Assembly: GCA_963749915.1 (NCBI GenBank)
Contig: CAVVOP010000008.1
Span: forward strand, 512,001-576,000
Length of the DNA: 64,000 nucleotides
Source of the DNA: an uncultured cyanobacterium
GTDB lineage: Bacteria > Cyanobacteriota > Cyanobacteriia > Cyanobacteriales > Cyanobacteriaceae
Direction of reading: 5' to 3'
Made by a program: the position numbers and the translations under genes. Positions 29,176 to 40,500 of the stretch are shown here, piece after piece (the stretch's first letter is position 1; every line of letters starts with the position of its first letter). The notes under the pieces were generated by a model, which ran no database searches, had not been told where the DNA came from, and saw only the letters and a list, made by a program, of their open reading frames with translations.

Positions 29176-30993
29176 ATGAATTTTTTTAGCGAAACTATCT
29201 GGTTTATACCCTGTTATACCTTGATTGGTGGTTTCTTTGCCCTATTATGGTCCCCCGGTGTTATTCGCAAAACAGGATCACGTCCGGCAGGTTATATAAA
29301 TATTTTGATGACATCTTTTGCTTTTATTCACAGTGTCATTGCTTTATATCAAATTTGGGAAAAACCTGCCCAGGAATTTAGATTTACATGGTTAGAAGCC
29401 GCAGGAATAAATATCTCTTTTGATATACAAATTTCTTCTATCAGTGTTGGCGCTTTAGCCTTGATTACTGGGTTAAATGTCTTATGTCAATTATACGCTG
29501 TCGGTTACTTAGAGATGGATTGGGGATGGGCGAGATTTTACGCCTTAATGGGATTTTTTGAGGCAGGAATGTGTGGTTTAGTCTTGTGTAATTCTCTTTT
29601 CTTCAGTTATGTCTATTTAGAAATTCTTACCCTAGGCACTTATTTATTAGTAGGTTTTTGGTTTGCACAACCTCTCGTTATCTCCGGCGCTAGGGATGCT
29701 TTTTGGACAAAACGGGTGGGAGATATTTTATTATTGATGGGAGTAATCGCTATTTACCCCTTTTCTAGGACATGGAATTATAATTATCTGGGTTTTTGGG
29801 CAGAAAATTCGCCTATCGATTCGAATATCTCTACTTTACTGTGTTTAGCCTTAATTTTTGGACCTATCGCTAAATGTGCCCAGATCCCTTTACAATTATG
29901 GTTGGATGAGGCTATGGAAGGTCCTTTACCTGCTTCTATCCTCCGTAATGGTATTGTTGTGGCTGTTGGGGCTTATGTTCTTATTCAGTTACAACCAGTA
30001 TTAACAATCTCCCCCATAACTTCAACAGTAGTAATTGCTATTGGTGCTGTAACTGCCGTATTATCATCTTTAATTGCCATCGCCCAAATTGACATTAAAC
30101 GGGTACTTTCTTATACTGTAAGTGCTTACATGGGTTTAGTCTTTATCGCCGTTGGTAGTAATCACCCCAACACCGCCTTATTGTTAATCGTGATTTATGC
30201 CGTTGCCATGGCTTTACTTTACATGAGTATTGGCACTGTTATTATTAGTAACATCACCCAAAATATAACTCAATTAGGTGGTTTATGGTCTCGTCGTCCT
30301 ATTTCTGGTATATCTTTCTTAGTAGGCACATTCGGTTTAGTGGCTTTTCCTCCCCTCGGCGCTTTTTCGATTCTTCCCCGTCTTGGTAATGAGTTGTTTT
30401 CGACTCAATCTTGGTTACTAGGAGTATTACTGTTAGTTAATGCCTTAACTGCTTTTAGTCTCTTACGGGCTTTTTCTTTGATATTTCTCGGTGAGGCAAA
30501 ACCAATGACAGTTCGATCGCCCGAAGTTTTATGGGCGATGGTGTTACCGATGATGATTTTAACAGGAGTCACGTTACATTTACCCTTAATTTTGGAACAA
30601 TTTCACCTGATTGATTTCGATGTCAAATTAGGAATTTTTTTCACTTTATCAACACTAATTGGAGGGGGATTAGCGATATTAATTTACGGTAAAAAATCAA
30701 AGGATGAAACCATAACAATTGTCCCCGAATTTATCCGCAATTTCTTCACCTATGATCTTTATATTCAAGACATATATAAAGTAACAATTGTAGGCTTAGT
30801 AAATCTTGCCGCAAAATTAGCCTATTGGTTCGATCGATATATAGTAGATGGAGTCGTAAATTTAGTCGGTTTAAGTACTATTTTTGGAGGACAAGCCCTT
30901 AAATATAGTACTTCTGGGCAATCGCAACTCTATATTTTATCAATACTTTTAGGATTGGTTTTTGTAGCGATAATATTCGGCTTAACTCAATAA
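29176..30993 (+). CDS. ndhF3: NDH-1 subunit F3 (CO2 uptake)
   Basis: TGSRPAGY, YLEMDWGWARFY and LWLDEAMEGP; operon context. ATG at 29176 used because the longer ORF runs through the promoter and an STRR. Confidence 0.92.
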   Translation: MNFFSETIWFIPCYTLIGGFFALLWSPGVIRKTGSRPAGYINILMTSFAFIHSVIALYQIWEKPAQEFRFTWLEAAGINISFDIQISSISVGALALITGLNVLCQLYAVGYLEMDWGWARFYALMGFFEAGMCGLVLCNSLFFSYVYLEILTLGTYLLVGFWFAQPLVISGARDAFWTKRVGDILLLMGVIAIYPFSRTWNYNYLGFWAENSPIDSNISTLLCLALIFGPIAKCAQIPLQLWLDEAMEGPLPASILRNGIVVAVGAYVLIQLQPVLTISPITSTVVIAIGAVTAVLSSLIAIAQIDIKRVLSYTVSAYMGLVFIAVGSNHPNTALLLIVIYAVAMALLYMSIGTVIISNITQNITQLGGLWSRRPISGISFLVGTFGLVAFPPLGAFSILPRLGNELFSTQSWLLGVLLLVNALTAFSLLRAFSLIFLGEAKPMTVRSPEVLWAMVLPMMILTGVTLHLPLILEQFHLIDFDVKLGIFFTLSTLIGGGLAILIYGKKSKDETITIVPEFIRNFFTYDLYIQDIYKVTIVGLVNLAAKLAYWFDRYIVDGVVNLVGLSTIFGGQALKYSTSGQSQLYILSILLGLVFVAIIFGLTQ

Positions 30994-31096
30994 AAAATAG
31001 TATGTAAAGTATAGAGTAAAAAGCATTGAAACCTCCGAATGATATCAGTACTGACTTAACTCCTGTAATAAATTTAATTATAAATAACCAGTAAAA

Positions 31097-32563
31097 ATGC
31101 TTAACTTAACTTTAATATTGCCAATTATTGGAGCAATAATTATAGGTATTTTACCTACCCAAAAAGAAAGTAACCTCAATAAAAATATTGCTTTAATTTT
31201 TAGCAGTGCCACCTTTATTATTAGTTGTTTAATTGCTCTTAACTTTGATTATAATAACGGTGATTTTCAATATCAAACATTTCTGTCATGGTTACCATTT
31301 TTAGGGTTAAATTATACCGTTGGTGTTGATGGCCTATCTTTACCCTTAATTATCTTAAATGGATTAATCGTTACTCTGGCTATTTATAACGGAGAAACCA
31401 AAGAAAATAGTGTAAATAAACCCAAACTTTACTATATTTTAATTCTCCTATTAACTACCTGCGTAAATGGTGTATTAATCGCCCAAAATCTGTTATTATT
31501 TTTCCTCTTTTATGAAATCAAATTAGTGCCAATTTACCTCTTAATTTCTATTTGGGGGAAAGATAAACGCAATTATGCCGCTACGAAATATTTACTTTAT
31601 ACAGCCTTTTCTGGCATCTTTGTTTTAACCGCATTTTTAGGCTTAAATTTCCTTAGCGATGGCAACAGTTTTGACTTCGATAAAGTAACAACGGAAGTTT
31701 TACCCCAAGCCAAACAAATTATCTTATTACTAACCATATTTATCGGTTTTGCCATCAAAATTCCCATTTTTCCTCTCCATACATGGCTACCTGATGCCTA
31801 TACCGAAGCCTCTACCCCTGTATCGATGTTATTAGGAGGTATTATCTCGAAACTTGGCACTTATGGCTTAATTCGCTTCGGGTTACAACTATTTCCTGAT
31901 ATTTGGAAAGATATATCGTCATATTTAGCGATCATTGCGGTTATTAGTGCTATTTATGGCTCATTGGTAGCGATTTCACAAACAGATATGAAGAAAATGA
32001 TCGCTTATGCCTCCTTCGCTCATCTTAATTTTGTCGTGCTAGCTGTGGCCGCAGGTACACCTTTATCAGTATTAGGAGCAATTGTACTCATGTTTGCACA
32101 TGGTATCATTGTCGCCCTGCTGTTTCATCTTGTGGGGATTATCGAACAGAAAACAGGTACTCGTAATTTATCTGAGTTACATGGCTTGATGAATCCCTAT
32201 CGAGGTTTACCCTTTATCGGTGGCTTAATGATTACCGCCGTGATGGCAAGTGCTGGTATTCCGGGCATGGTGGGATTTGTGGGTGAGTTTCTTTCCTTTC
32301 AAGGTAGCTTTAGTATTTTCCCTATCTATACTCTGATGTGTTTAATTGCCACTAGTTTAACCGCAGTTTACTTTGTTATTCTGCTCAACCGTGTCTTTTT
32401 CGGCAGAATGGATAATCAAACAGGTTATTTACCTAAAGTTCAGTCTTTTGAGCGTATTCCCGCAGTTTTACTTGCTATTGTGATTATCTTTTTTGGTTTA
32501 CAACCATCCCTTTTAACTAATCTTAGCTTAAGTACCAGTAATGCCATCGCCCTCATTAAGTAA
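31097..32563 (+). CDS. ndhD3: NDH-1 subunit D3
   Basis: DGLSLPL, PLHTWLPDAY, GLMNPYRGLP and LLNRVFFG; lies between ndhF3 and cupA. Confidence 0.92.
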   Translation: MLNLTLILPIIGAIIIGILPTQKESNLNKNIALIFSSATFIISCLIALNFDYNNGDFQYQTFLSWLPFLGLNYTVGVDGLSLPLIILNGLIVTLAIYNGETKENSVNKPKLYYILILLLTTCVNGVLIAQNLLLFFLFYEIKLVPIYLLISIWGKDKRNYAATKYLLYTAFSGIFVLTAFLGLNFLSDGNSFDFDKVTTEVLPQAKQIILLLTIFIGFAIKIPIFPLHTWLPDAYTEASTPVSMLLGGIISKLGTYGLIRFGLQLFPDIWKDISSYLAIIAVISAIYGSLVAISQTDMKKMIAYASFAHLNFVVLAVAAGTPLSVLGAIVLMFAHGIIVALLFHLVGIIEQKTGTRNLSELHGLMNPYRGLPFIGGLMITAVMASAGIPGMVGFVGEFLSFQGSFSIFPIYTLMCLIATSLTAVYFVILLNRVFFGRMDNQTGYLPKVQSFERIPAVLLAIVIIFFGLQPSLLTNLSLSTSNAIALIK

Positions 32564-32628
32564 TAGGTAATAAGTAATAGGTAATAGGCGATGCCCACGA
32601 AAATCTAACTACTAACTATTAATAAGAG

Positions 32629-33919
32629 ATGACTACTACACAGACAAAACTTCCCCCATCTAATCATCAATTTGCCGATGTGATTCATCGTTTAGAAGTT
32701 GGTGGTTCAATGTTACCAGATACCCCTGAAAATTTAATGCAGATTATCGGTATTTATAAAGCCTATGCTGTGCCGATGGATTTTTATTGGCGAGATTTGT
32801 TATATATTGCTGAAAGAGTTTTTATTAATCCTCTCCCTTTCTTTAAATATTTCATCTCCCAAGAATATCTTGATTTACCAAATCATTACGCTGGAGATAC
32901 TGCTGATTTGAGAATTTGGCGAGGAGAAGCTACTGCCCATCCAGAGTTACTCGCCTTCATGGAAAAAGGGGAAACTACCAAAATGCCCAAATTATTTCAC
33001 CACCTGTTACACGATCGCATTAATATGGAGTTTGCTGAAGCTTGTATGCGAGCGATGTTGTGGCATGGGAGAGATATGGGTTATGGTAAATTTGACGCTT
33101 ATCTCGATAGTGATGAGTACAAAGCCAACGCCGATAAAGCGATTAAAGCCTTCTTCAACAAAAATCCCTTGATGTTGGGCTTATACAAACTCTTCCCTGA
33201 TATGTTTTTAGAACAAGTACGGCAGGCATCTTACTATAGTAATTTGGGCTTATTCTGGGAAGTAATGGCACCCGTCTTTTTTGAAATGTCGGATATTTAT
33301 GATGAAGGTGGTTTTAAAGGTGTACCCGATGCCATGAATTTCCTTGTCAATGGTATTTTTGCCATCGCAGGCAGACCAATATATCATCATGTTTATGTCG
33401 ATGGAGAATGCTATGAAATCATTCCCAAATCAAAAGGATTTACCTGGCTATATGAAGCAGCTTTACCCTATGTAGAAGCAGTTTTTTACCGTACTTCTCC
33501 TTTCCGAGGTACCAAATCTTATAACGCCCAAGCCCATCAAATACCCCGTGAGCAAAAAGACTTTCACTATGGTATCCTCTATGCTGATGTCTTCCCTGTG
33601 GGTAGTGCGGGGATTCCTCCTACTTTGTTGATGGATGATATGTTGCACTTTTTACCTGCCATATTTAGTGAAATACTATCAAAAACATTGTCGAGGAGAA
33701 GATGATATGTTAATTCAATTAGGAGTTACATTTCAGCGATCGATGTATAATGTAACATCAGCCGTAATTCAAGCATTGAGAACAGCTTTACTTTATCCCT
33801 TAGATGACGGTAATCCCAAGCATTTACTGAAAAACCGTCAATTTTTTGAGATGCAAATGGACAGATTTAAACCTAAGGAAGCCCGTTTATCAGATATTCA
33901 AAATCCTGATTATCGTTAA
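32629..33919 (+). pseudogene. cupA: CO2 hydration protein CupA/ChpY, split by a +1 frameshift near 33658-33661
   Basis: ORF 32629-33705 is CupA up to HFLP. The C-terminus YLVKYYQKHCRGEDDMLIQLG continues in another frame (cct gcca tat tta). Either a real lesion or a sequencing error. Confidence 0.85.
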
Positions 33920-33931
33920 ACTCATTTAGTA

Positions 33932-33957
33932 GGTGGGGTTGACGCTTCAACCCCGCC
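33932..33957 (+). terminator. Strong hairpin between cupA and cupS
   Basis: ggtggggttga-cgct-tcaaccccgcc; lacks a U-tract, so it may be a stabilising structure rather than a terminator. Confidence 0.5.
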
Positions 33958-34021
33958 AACATCATCTATAACTTTAAGTTTTTACATTGATTTAATCATT
34001 AATTGAAGGAGATAATTTAAA

Positions 34022-34423
34022 ATGCCCGATATAGTAGATATTGCCGTTAGTAACGACGATTTTAAAACTTTAGTAGCCGCAGTACAAGCCGCTAACTTAG
34101 TTGAAGTTTTAAAAAGTCCAGGTCCTTTTACCGTTTTTGCACCTACGGATGTCGCTTTTGCTAAACTTCCACCGGGAACAATTACAACTTTACTGCAAAA
34201 TATTCCCCAATTAGCAAGAATTTTAAGCTATCATGTTGTACCGGGAAAATTAATGAAAGCTGATCTAGAAAAGGTTGATTCGGTTATTTCTGTGGAAGGT
34301 TCAACCATTTCCATTGATTGTTCTGATGGTTTTGAAGTTAAAAATGCAACGGTTTTAGTTGGCGATATTGAAGCCGATAATGGAGTAATTCATGTCATTG
34401 ATAATGTAATTTTAATGGGATAA
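34022..34423 (+). CDS. cupS: Fasciclin-domain protein CupS
   Basis: [25 protein letters not shown] and [10 protein letters not shown]; directly after cupA. Confidence 0.92.
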   Translation: MPDIVDIAVSNDDFKTLVAAVQAANLVEVLKSPGPFTVFAPTDVAFAKLPPGTITTLLQNIPQLARILSYHVVPGKLMKADLEKVDSVISVEGSTISIDCSDGFEVKNATVLVGDIEADNGVIHVIDNVILMG

Positions 34424-34535
34424 TTGGGGCTTATTGAATGACGGTAAAACCCTTATTGGTTAAATTTTTTAGCCTCCATTTTTTAGGCAAAAATGCAAGA
34501 AAATGGAATATGTAATCCGAAATTCCTCATTTCGC

Positions 34536-35918
34536 CTACTTATTTCTAGGTGCAATTGTTTGCCCTTCATAAAATCTTTCCTCTATTTTACCCAAATATA
34601 AATACATAACTAAATTAATGATACTTACTAAAGAAGAAACCATTACAATCAACGGCGGTAAACTATTGATATATAAACTAATTAAAGGAGTTACTGACCA
34701 TAAAATTGCGGTAGCAATTAGTAAGGCTAGGCGAATTTTTTTGATATTTTTTAACGCTTCCCGACAACTACCACATATTTCCGTATGGGAATGATATCTT
34801 TCCAATAAAATTTCACGAGTAGGAGTTTTAGGAAAAAATTGATTAGGAAATAATTCAGCATTATATTTATTAACCCATTTTCTCAATTCACTAACAAACA
34901 AATCTGCTTTGGTTGCTAAATAATAAGCCTGAGCAAACTTTTCACTCCCTCCTAATTTTTCTAAAAACCGCTCTTGGGAATGTAAGAAAATTTGGTCATC
35001 TTCAAGAATATTATTTTGATTAAGATGAGAATACCAACGGGGAGTTAATTTAATAAAGAATGCCGGTAATTTAGAAGAAAATTGAAAGGGAAATAAAGCA
35101 AATAATCGACATTTACCTTTACTAATAGGTGTTGCATAAACTACCGTCATGGTGCGTCCAAATTGTTTAGAGGTCAGGTCATGCCACATTAAATTTGGGG
35201 CAATAAAAGTCGTATATTGAGTACCTAATTTACCTTTTCTTGGCCCTTCTTGCCATACCCCTTGAAAACCTTGTCTATTAGTGCTAACAACTTCTAATTC
35301 CACGGGAGAAACATTGGCACGATTACCCACCGAACCATGATGAGTATAGGGAATATGACTAGAATCTAAAACATTTTCGAGCAAAGTTAAGGCGTCATAG
35401 GGAATATCCCTAAAAGTGTTTAATATCAACCAATTTTCTTCATTTTCGGCTAAAGGTTCAATAATAGGTAAAGGGGTTAAAAATGCGTTTTCAGGATTTC
35501 CTGCATAGGCAAATAATAAACCGTGTTTGATAGCTGTAGGGTAAGATTGAACACAACTACGGGGAGATTTTTCGCCATTATTTCCTATTATTTGTTGAGG
35601 AATTAATTCACAATTTCCCTTACCTGAAAATGCCCAACCATGATAGGGACATTCTAATAACCCTTCTTCATTAATTCTACCTTCGCTGAGGGGTGCGAGC
35701 CGATGGGGACATTTATCGGCAAATACTCGCCATTCTTCCCCATTTTTATCCCACCAAATAACTAATTTTTGTTCTAATAAGGTAAAAGAATTGGGTCTAT
35801 TTTTATCTAAATCTTCTATGAAAAAAAGAGGATACCAAACTTGATCATAATTAAAATTATTTTCCTCTTTTCCGCCCACAGGTAACGATTCCAAATTGTC
35901 GATCATGCCTTGATTCAT
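34536..35918 (-). CDS. Rieske oxygenase, pheophorbide a oxygenase (PaO)-like
   Basis: CPHRLAP...CPYHGW Rieske motif, ENVLDSSHIPYTH mononuclear Fe site and C-terminal CxxC. Start set at MNQG to avoid overlap with the USP gene. Confidence 0.9.
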   Translation of the reverse strand: MNQGMIDNLESLPVGGKEENNFNYDQVWYPLFFIEDLDKNRPNSFTLLEQKLVIWWDKNGEEWRVFADKCPHRLAPLSEGRINEEGLLECPYHGWAFSGKGNCELIPQQIIGNNGEKSPRSCVQSYPTAIKHGLLFAYAGNPENAFLTPLPIIEPLAENEENWLILNTFRDIPYDALTLLENVLDSSHIPYTHHGSVGNRANVSPVELEVVSTNRQGFQGVWQEGPRKGKLGTQYTTFIAPNLMWHDLTSKQFGRTMTVVYATPISKGKCRLFALFPFQFSSKLPAFFIKLTPRWYSHLNQNNILEDDQIFLHSQERFLEKLGGSEKFAQAYYLATKADLFVSELRKWVNKYNAELFPNQFFPKTPTREILLERYHSHTEICGSCREALKNIKKIRLALLIATAILWSVTPLISLYINSLPPLIVMVSSLVSIINLVMYLYLGKIEERFYEGQTIAPRNK

Positions 35919-35940
35919 GTTAATAATTAATAATTGATAA

Positions 35941-36804
35941 TTAACGGAATAATAACACAGGAATCCTCGTACTGCGTAAAAGTTGAATAGTTGTACTACC
36001 AATAATTAAGTGGCGGATACGACTATGACCGTAAGCACCCATAATCAAGAGGTTGATGTTATTTTCGGTAATATAATTAGAGATCACTTTTTCTGATTCA
36101 CCTTGTAATAAGGAAAATTGGGGATTAAAACCAGCATTTTGCAGTTGAGATACTGCTTGATTTAACTTTTCTTGAGAAGCATTTTCTGGTCCATTTTTAG
36201 CCACTGTTAAAATATGCAATTCTAGATCTTTAACTAGAGGAATTTCCGTTAAAAATTGTAAGATTTTTTGTCCTGTAGCACTACCATCATAAGCGATTAA
36301 AACTTTATCAATAGGCTTAAATTCACGGGGAATGACGAAACAGGGTTTATGACTACTGCGCACAATTCGCTCTAAATTTGTCCCTAAATGAGTTGAGGCA
36401 AAATCGGCATTTTCACCCCTTTTTCCTAAAATAATTAAATCAGCATTACTTTCAAATTCATGAAAACAATCCACCAAAAAACCTATTTTCGAGCTTAATT
36501 TAACTTCTTCTACTCCTTGAGCTTTTAACATTTTGGAAGCAGTTTGTAAGATTAATTTTGCTTTTTTATGGTTAAGTTTAGCCTTTTCATGTTCTAAATC
36601 TACTAATTTTTGCAAAAGTTCATCAGATGCACCTAAGCCGATACTACCGCTCAAATTTCCTGTAGAAATTGCCCGTTGAGTACGAATATCAGTAACGCAT
36701 AAAACATTGATTTTCCCATCTAATTTTTTGGCTATCCATGCCGCATATTTATAGATATTTTCGGCGTAAGTTGAGCCATCAGTACAAAGTAAAATATTTT
36801 TCAT
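35941..36804 (-). CDS. Tandem-domain universal stress protein
   Basis: ILLCTDGS, LIILGKRG, IAYDGS and MGAYGHSRIR...GSTT motifs. Confidence 0.93.
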   Translation of the reverse strand: MKNILLCTDGSTYAENIYKYAAWIAKKLDGKINVLCVTDIRTQRAISTGNLSGSIGLGASDELLQKLVDLEHEKAKLNHKKAKLILQTASKMLKAQGVEEVKLSSKIGFLVDCFHEFESNADLIILGKRGENADFASTHLGTNLERIVRSSHKPCFVIPREFKPIDKVLIAYDGSATGQKILQFLTEIPLVKDLELHILTVAKNGPENASQEKLNQAVSQLQNAGFNPQFSLLQGESEKVISNYITENNINLLIMGAYGHSRIRHLIIGSTTIQLLRSTRIPVLLFR

Positions 36805-36835
36805 TGGTTTTCAGAATTAATCTTTGATAGGATAT

Positions 36836-38320
36836 TTAATGCTCCTGAGTCTGATTCAAAGCATCAGGATCCTTGTGAATTGATAATTTATCTAGTAAGG
36901 TAGCACTAGCTTCATTTACCCCTACTAACTCTACATCAGCACCATTCCGGCGGAATTTGAGAACAACTTTGTCCATGGCGGCTACAGCACCCTGATCCCA
37001 AAGATGAGCCTGGGTTAAGTCAATGGTGATCAGATCAACCATTTCCTGAAAATCAAAAGCCTCTAAAAATTCATCTACGGACACAAAGAAAATTTGACCA
37101 GCCACGTTATAGGTGCGATGAGTGCCATCACTACTGAGAATTTTATCCACAAATACCAGTTTGGCAATTTGACGGGAAAAAAAGACGGTACTCATCACAA
37201 TCCCTGTAACTACGCCAATCGCTAAGTTATGAGTCAACACGGTAATAAATACCGTCGTAATCATTACTGCGGTTTCGCTACGGGGAGTACGGGCAATGTT
37301 TTTGAGGGAAACCCAGCTAAATGTCCCTATGGATACCATAATCATTACCGCCACTAAGGCCCCCATCGGCATTTGTTTAACCCAATGTCCTAATACTAAA
37401 ATGAAGAAAAGAAGGAAAACCCCCGATGTTAAGGTTGAAAGTCTTCCTCTTCCTCCAGATTGAATATTAATTACCGATTGTCCAATCATTGCACACCCGG
37501 CCATCCCTCCAAAAAATCCAGTTACGATATTAGCAATACCTTGACCTTTTGCTTCTTGGTTTTTATTGCTGGGAGTATCGGTTAGTTCGTCCACTAAAGA
37601 AGCTGTAAGTAAAGACTCCAACAAACCGACTATGGCTAAAGTTAGGGCAGGTAGGGAAATAATCTGTAATGTCTCCAAATTCAAGGGAACTTTGGGTAGG
37701 CTAAAAATCGGGAAAGTATTTGGTAGTTCGCCCATATCCCCCACGGTGGGGACTTCTAATTTAAAGGCTATCGTTGCTATGGTCATCACGACGATGGCTA
37801 CTAAGGGAGAAGGTACGGCTTGAGTAAATCGGGGCAATATATAGATAATTGCCAAAGATACTGCGGTGATCAGATATACTGTTGGCTGTACGTTTATCAA
37901 TTGTGGCAATTGAGCCATGAAAATTAAAATTGCCAAGGCATTGACAAAGCCAATCATCACCGCACGGGGTACATATTTCATTTGGCGTCCTAATTTCAAA
38001 ACACCAAAGATGATTTGCAACACTCCTGTCAAAATCGTCGCTGCCAATAGATACTGTAAACCATGATCTTTGACCAAATGCACTAACACCAGTGCCATTG
38101 CACCTGTAGCCGCTGAAATTAAGCCCGTTCTTCCCCCCACAAATGCCGTTACTACAGCGATAATAAAAGAGGCATATAGTCCAACTTTAGGATCAACTCC
38201 GGCAATTATCGAAAAGGCGATAGCCTCGGGAATCAAGGCTAAAGCAACCACTGCACCGGCCAAAATATCTGCTTTCACATTGGAAAACCATTCCCTGTTT
38301 AGAGTAGTTGTATTTAACAT
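36836..38320 (-). CDS. SulP/SLC26-family anion transporter with STAS domain
   Basis: [24 protein letters not shown] and GCAMIGQS; operon with the USP gene. Confidence 0.93.
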   Translation of the reverse strand: MLNTTTLNREWFSNVKADILAGAVVALALIPEAIAFSIIAGVDPKVGLYASFIIAVVTAFVGGRTGLISAATGAMALVLVHLVKDHGLQYLLAATILTGVLQIIFGVLKLGRQMKYVPRAVMIGFVNALAILIFMAQLPQLINVQPTVYLITAVSLAIIYILPRFTQAVPSPLVAIVVMTIATIAFKLEVPTVGDMGELPNTFPIFSLPKVPLNLETLQIISLPALTLAIVGLLESLLTASLVDELTDTPSNKNQEAKGQGIANIVTGFFGGMAGCAMIGQSVINIQSGGRGRLSTLTSGVFLLFFILVLGHWVKQMPMGALVAVMIMVSIGTFSWVSLKNIARTPRSETAVMITTVFITVLTHNLAIGVVTGIVMSTVFFSRQIAKLVFVDKILSSDGTHRTYNVAGQIFFVSVDEFLEAFDFQEMVDLITIDLTQAHLWDQGAVAAMDKVVLKFRRNGADVELVGVNEASATLLDKLSIHKDPDALNQTQEH

Positions 38321-38498
38321 TTCTCGAAATAAATTAACTAACTGGAAAAACCGACAAAAATATTCTGAATGTATTTACCGGAAAAAGACAAAAATTACAT
38401 TGACCTTGGCGGGGATAAAACTCTAATCATTGTGATTACCTGCTCGAACTTAATAATAGGCGTAATGCTAGTGGTCTGTCAAAGCGGTTAAAAAAAGC

Positions 38499-39135
38499 AT
38501 GATGTGGAAATTATCTTGCGTTCTCGATGGGGGTTTTTCTTTGCCTGAAATCATCAATCTTTGTGAACGTCAAAATGTTAAATATGTGTTTGGATTTAGT
38601 AGTAATGAGGTGTTGACACGAAAAATAGATTATCTTTTAGATCAAGCAAGATTACAATCTGTTCGGACTCAAGAAAAAGCTCGTTTATTTGGGGATGTTT
38701 ATTATCGAGCTAAAAGTTGGGCAAAACCTCGTCGAATTGTGATGAAAGTGGAATGGTTAGAGAAGGGCGAGAATCCCCGATTTTTAGTGACTAATATTGA
38801 GATGAAACCTCAAGAACTTTATGATAATTTTTATGTACAAAGAGATGCAACTTCCGAACAAAGAATAAAGAAACTAAAGCTAGGAATGAATGCAGATCGT
38901 CTCAGTTGTCATCAATTTATGGTGAATCACTTTCGTTGATTTCTATGTCAAGCAGCCTATATTTTAATGTTAGAAATTCGTCATAGTGCAGAGGAAACAA
39001 GGTTAGAAAATGCACAAGTTTCAAGAATAAGAGAAACTCTAATAAAAATCGGGGCAAAAGTGACAGTTTCAGGGAGAAGAATTTTGGTAGAATTAGCAAA
39101 TTATTGTCCTTTTAAGGAGGAAATAAAAATCATAA
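38499..39135 (+). mobile_element. IS1380-family transposase remnant (5'-truncated, in-frame TGA at 38937-38939)
   Basis: SWAKPRRIVMKVE, NPRFLVTN, YVQR..SEQRIK.LK...ADRLSC, then NHFR*FLCQAAY...IRETLIKIGAKV in the same frame. Confidence 0.85.
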
Positions 39136-39249
39136 TACCGGTTTGCTCCGCTCTAAGGACTCCTAAAAAAATCTGCCCCCTAAATGCCTGAATGGTAGGT
39201 AGTACAACGACTCCGGAATCTTAGACAACGTCGAACTCGTAAACTAATG

Positions 39250-39576
39250 TTAAACCGATGATCGTGTTGCTTCATGCTCAGAATGGAACGGAGAAATTGA
39301 TGCAAGGGCTTCACTCTCTTCTCTCATAACTTGATACAGTTCCCATGTCTGCTGTAGGTTCAACCAAAACTCTGAGCTGTTACCAAAAAACGCAGAGAGT
39401 CGAAGTGCAGTGCTCGGCGTCATACCACGCTTTTTATTGATAAGCTCGTTCACACGCTGATAGGGAACATGAATTGCTTCGGCAAGCTGTCGTTGTGAAA
39501 CACCCAAAGGCTGAAGGAATTCCTTCAGCAAAATCTCTCCAGGATGTGAGGGAGCACGGTTTTTCGGGATAATCAT
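39250..39576 (-). CDS. higA: HigA-family addiction-module antitoxin
   Basis: HPGEILLKEFL, SQRQLA, TPSTALRL and FWLNLQ motifs. Confidence 0.9.
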   Translation of the reverse strand: MIIPKNRAPSHPGEILLKEFLQPLGVSQRQLAEAIHVPYQRVNELINKKRGMTPSTALRLSAFFGNSSEFWLNLQQTWELYQVMREESEALASISPFHSEHEATRSSV

Positions 39577-39617
39577 CAAAATGCCCTCTCGTGATAGTCA
39601 ACAATATCAATATCTTC
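39576..39617 (-). pseudogene. higB: C-terminal remnant of HigB toxin
   Basis: Minus strand reads EDIDIVDYHERAF* with a TGATG overlap onto the higA start; the rest is replaced by ISAs1 sequence. Confidence 0.7.
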
Positions 39618-39619
39618 GG

Positions 39620-40253
39620 TTTCTTTTTGCAGTTGTCTCATGGGTTAGAAGATTAACTGCCAGATGACGAACCACCGCTAAATTCTCGGCACTATAACCA
39701 AGGCATCCTTTCAGGCTGTCTTCTTGAAAACCCACGTCCAGAACCCAATGAAGTTGATTTTCAATGCCCCAGTGGCTACGAACTGATTGAGCAAAACGTT
39801 GAGCATCACTTTCAATACTCATTAAATAGTATCGCTGCTCTACCGTTATTTTCCCCTTAACTCGACGTTCGGATTCTACCATCCCAATACTTTGTAACCC
39901 TTTCCTAAGGCACTGCGTAAGGTTTTTCCATCAATAGCAATTACTTGTCCTTTCGTTATGTTCGTCACTGATTCAATCCAAGAGAGAAAACATTGCTGTA
40001 ATTCATTTGGTTTTAAACGGGCAAATAGTCTCATCAATGTATCGTGAGAAGGTATTCCCTGAGGTAACTCTAAAAATGTTTCTAACCATTCTTTTTTGCC
40101 ATGGCCATAATTTTCAATTTCGACCCAGTTATTGGCACCACAAATCACGGCACAAATGGTGATTATTACTATATCAAATTGACTATTTATTTTCTCTCAT
40201 CAACCAATTTCTTTGTTTTGCTAAATTGTTAAGTTTTGTGTGCGTTTGCCCTG
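39620..40253 (-). mobile_element. ISAs1-family transposase remnants with internal deletion and one terminal repeat
   Basis: GIPSHDT, IAIDGKTLR and RSHWGIENQLHWVLDV motifs in two frames; end sequence CAGGGCAAACGCA (reverse complement of 40241-40253). Confidence 0.85.
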
Positions 40254-40500
40254 CAAGAAATGACTTTAAGGCTAAAAGCTTTTGCCTGCAAGGGTTTCAG
40301 TATCTTGTTTGTCATCGCTTTGCGACGGTGGAGATTGAGATTGAAGATGAGGAAAGCACGATCGCCAGGATGATCGAGAGCCAACGGGGACAAAGAAATC
40401 GTATGCTGGTAATGATCAGTTATTTTATTTACCTAATAATTTGGCATAATAAATTAGTATCGGGTTAAGTTTCCGTGTCTGCCACCATTTTGTTAAACTC

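Noticed and set aside
36836..38320. Calling the SulP gene bicA because it lies near CCM genes
   Set aside because: The sequence ([20 protein letters not shown]) and USP partner fit a different SulP subfamily, and the NdhR-type promoter block is absent upstream.
40226..40468. 80-aa ORF upstream of the MshEN protein
   Set aside because: Overlaps the IS end, has a TTG start and shows no recognisable motif.
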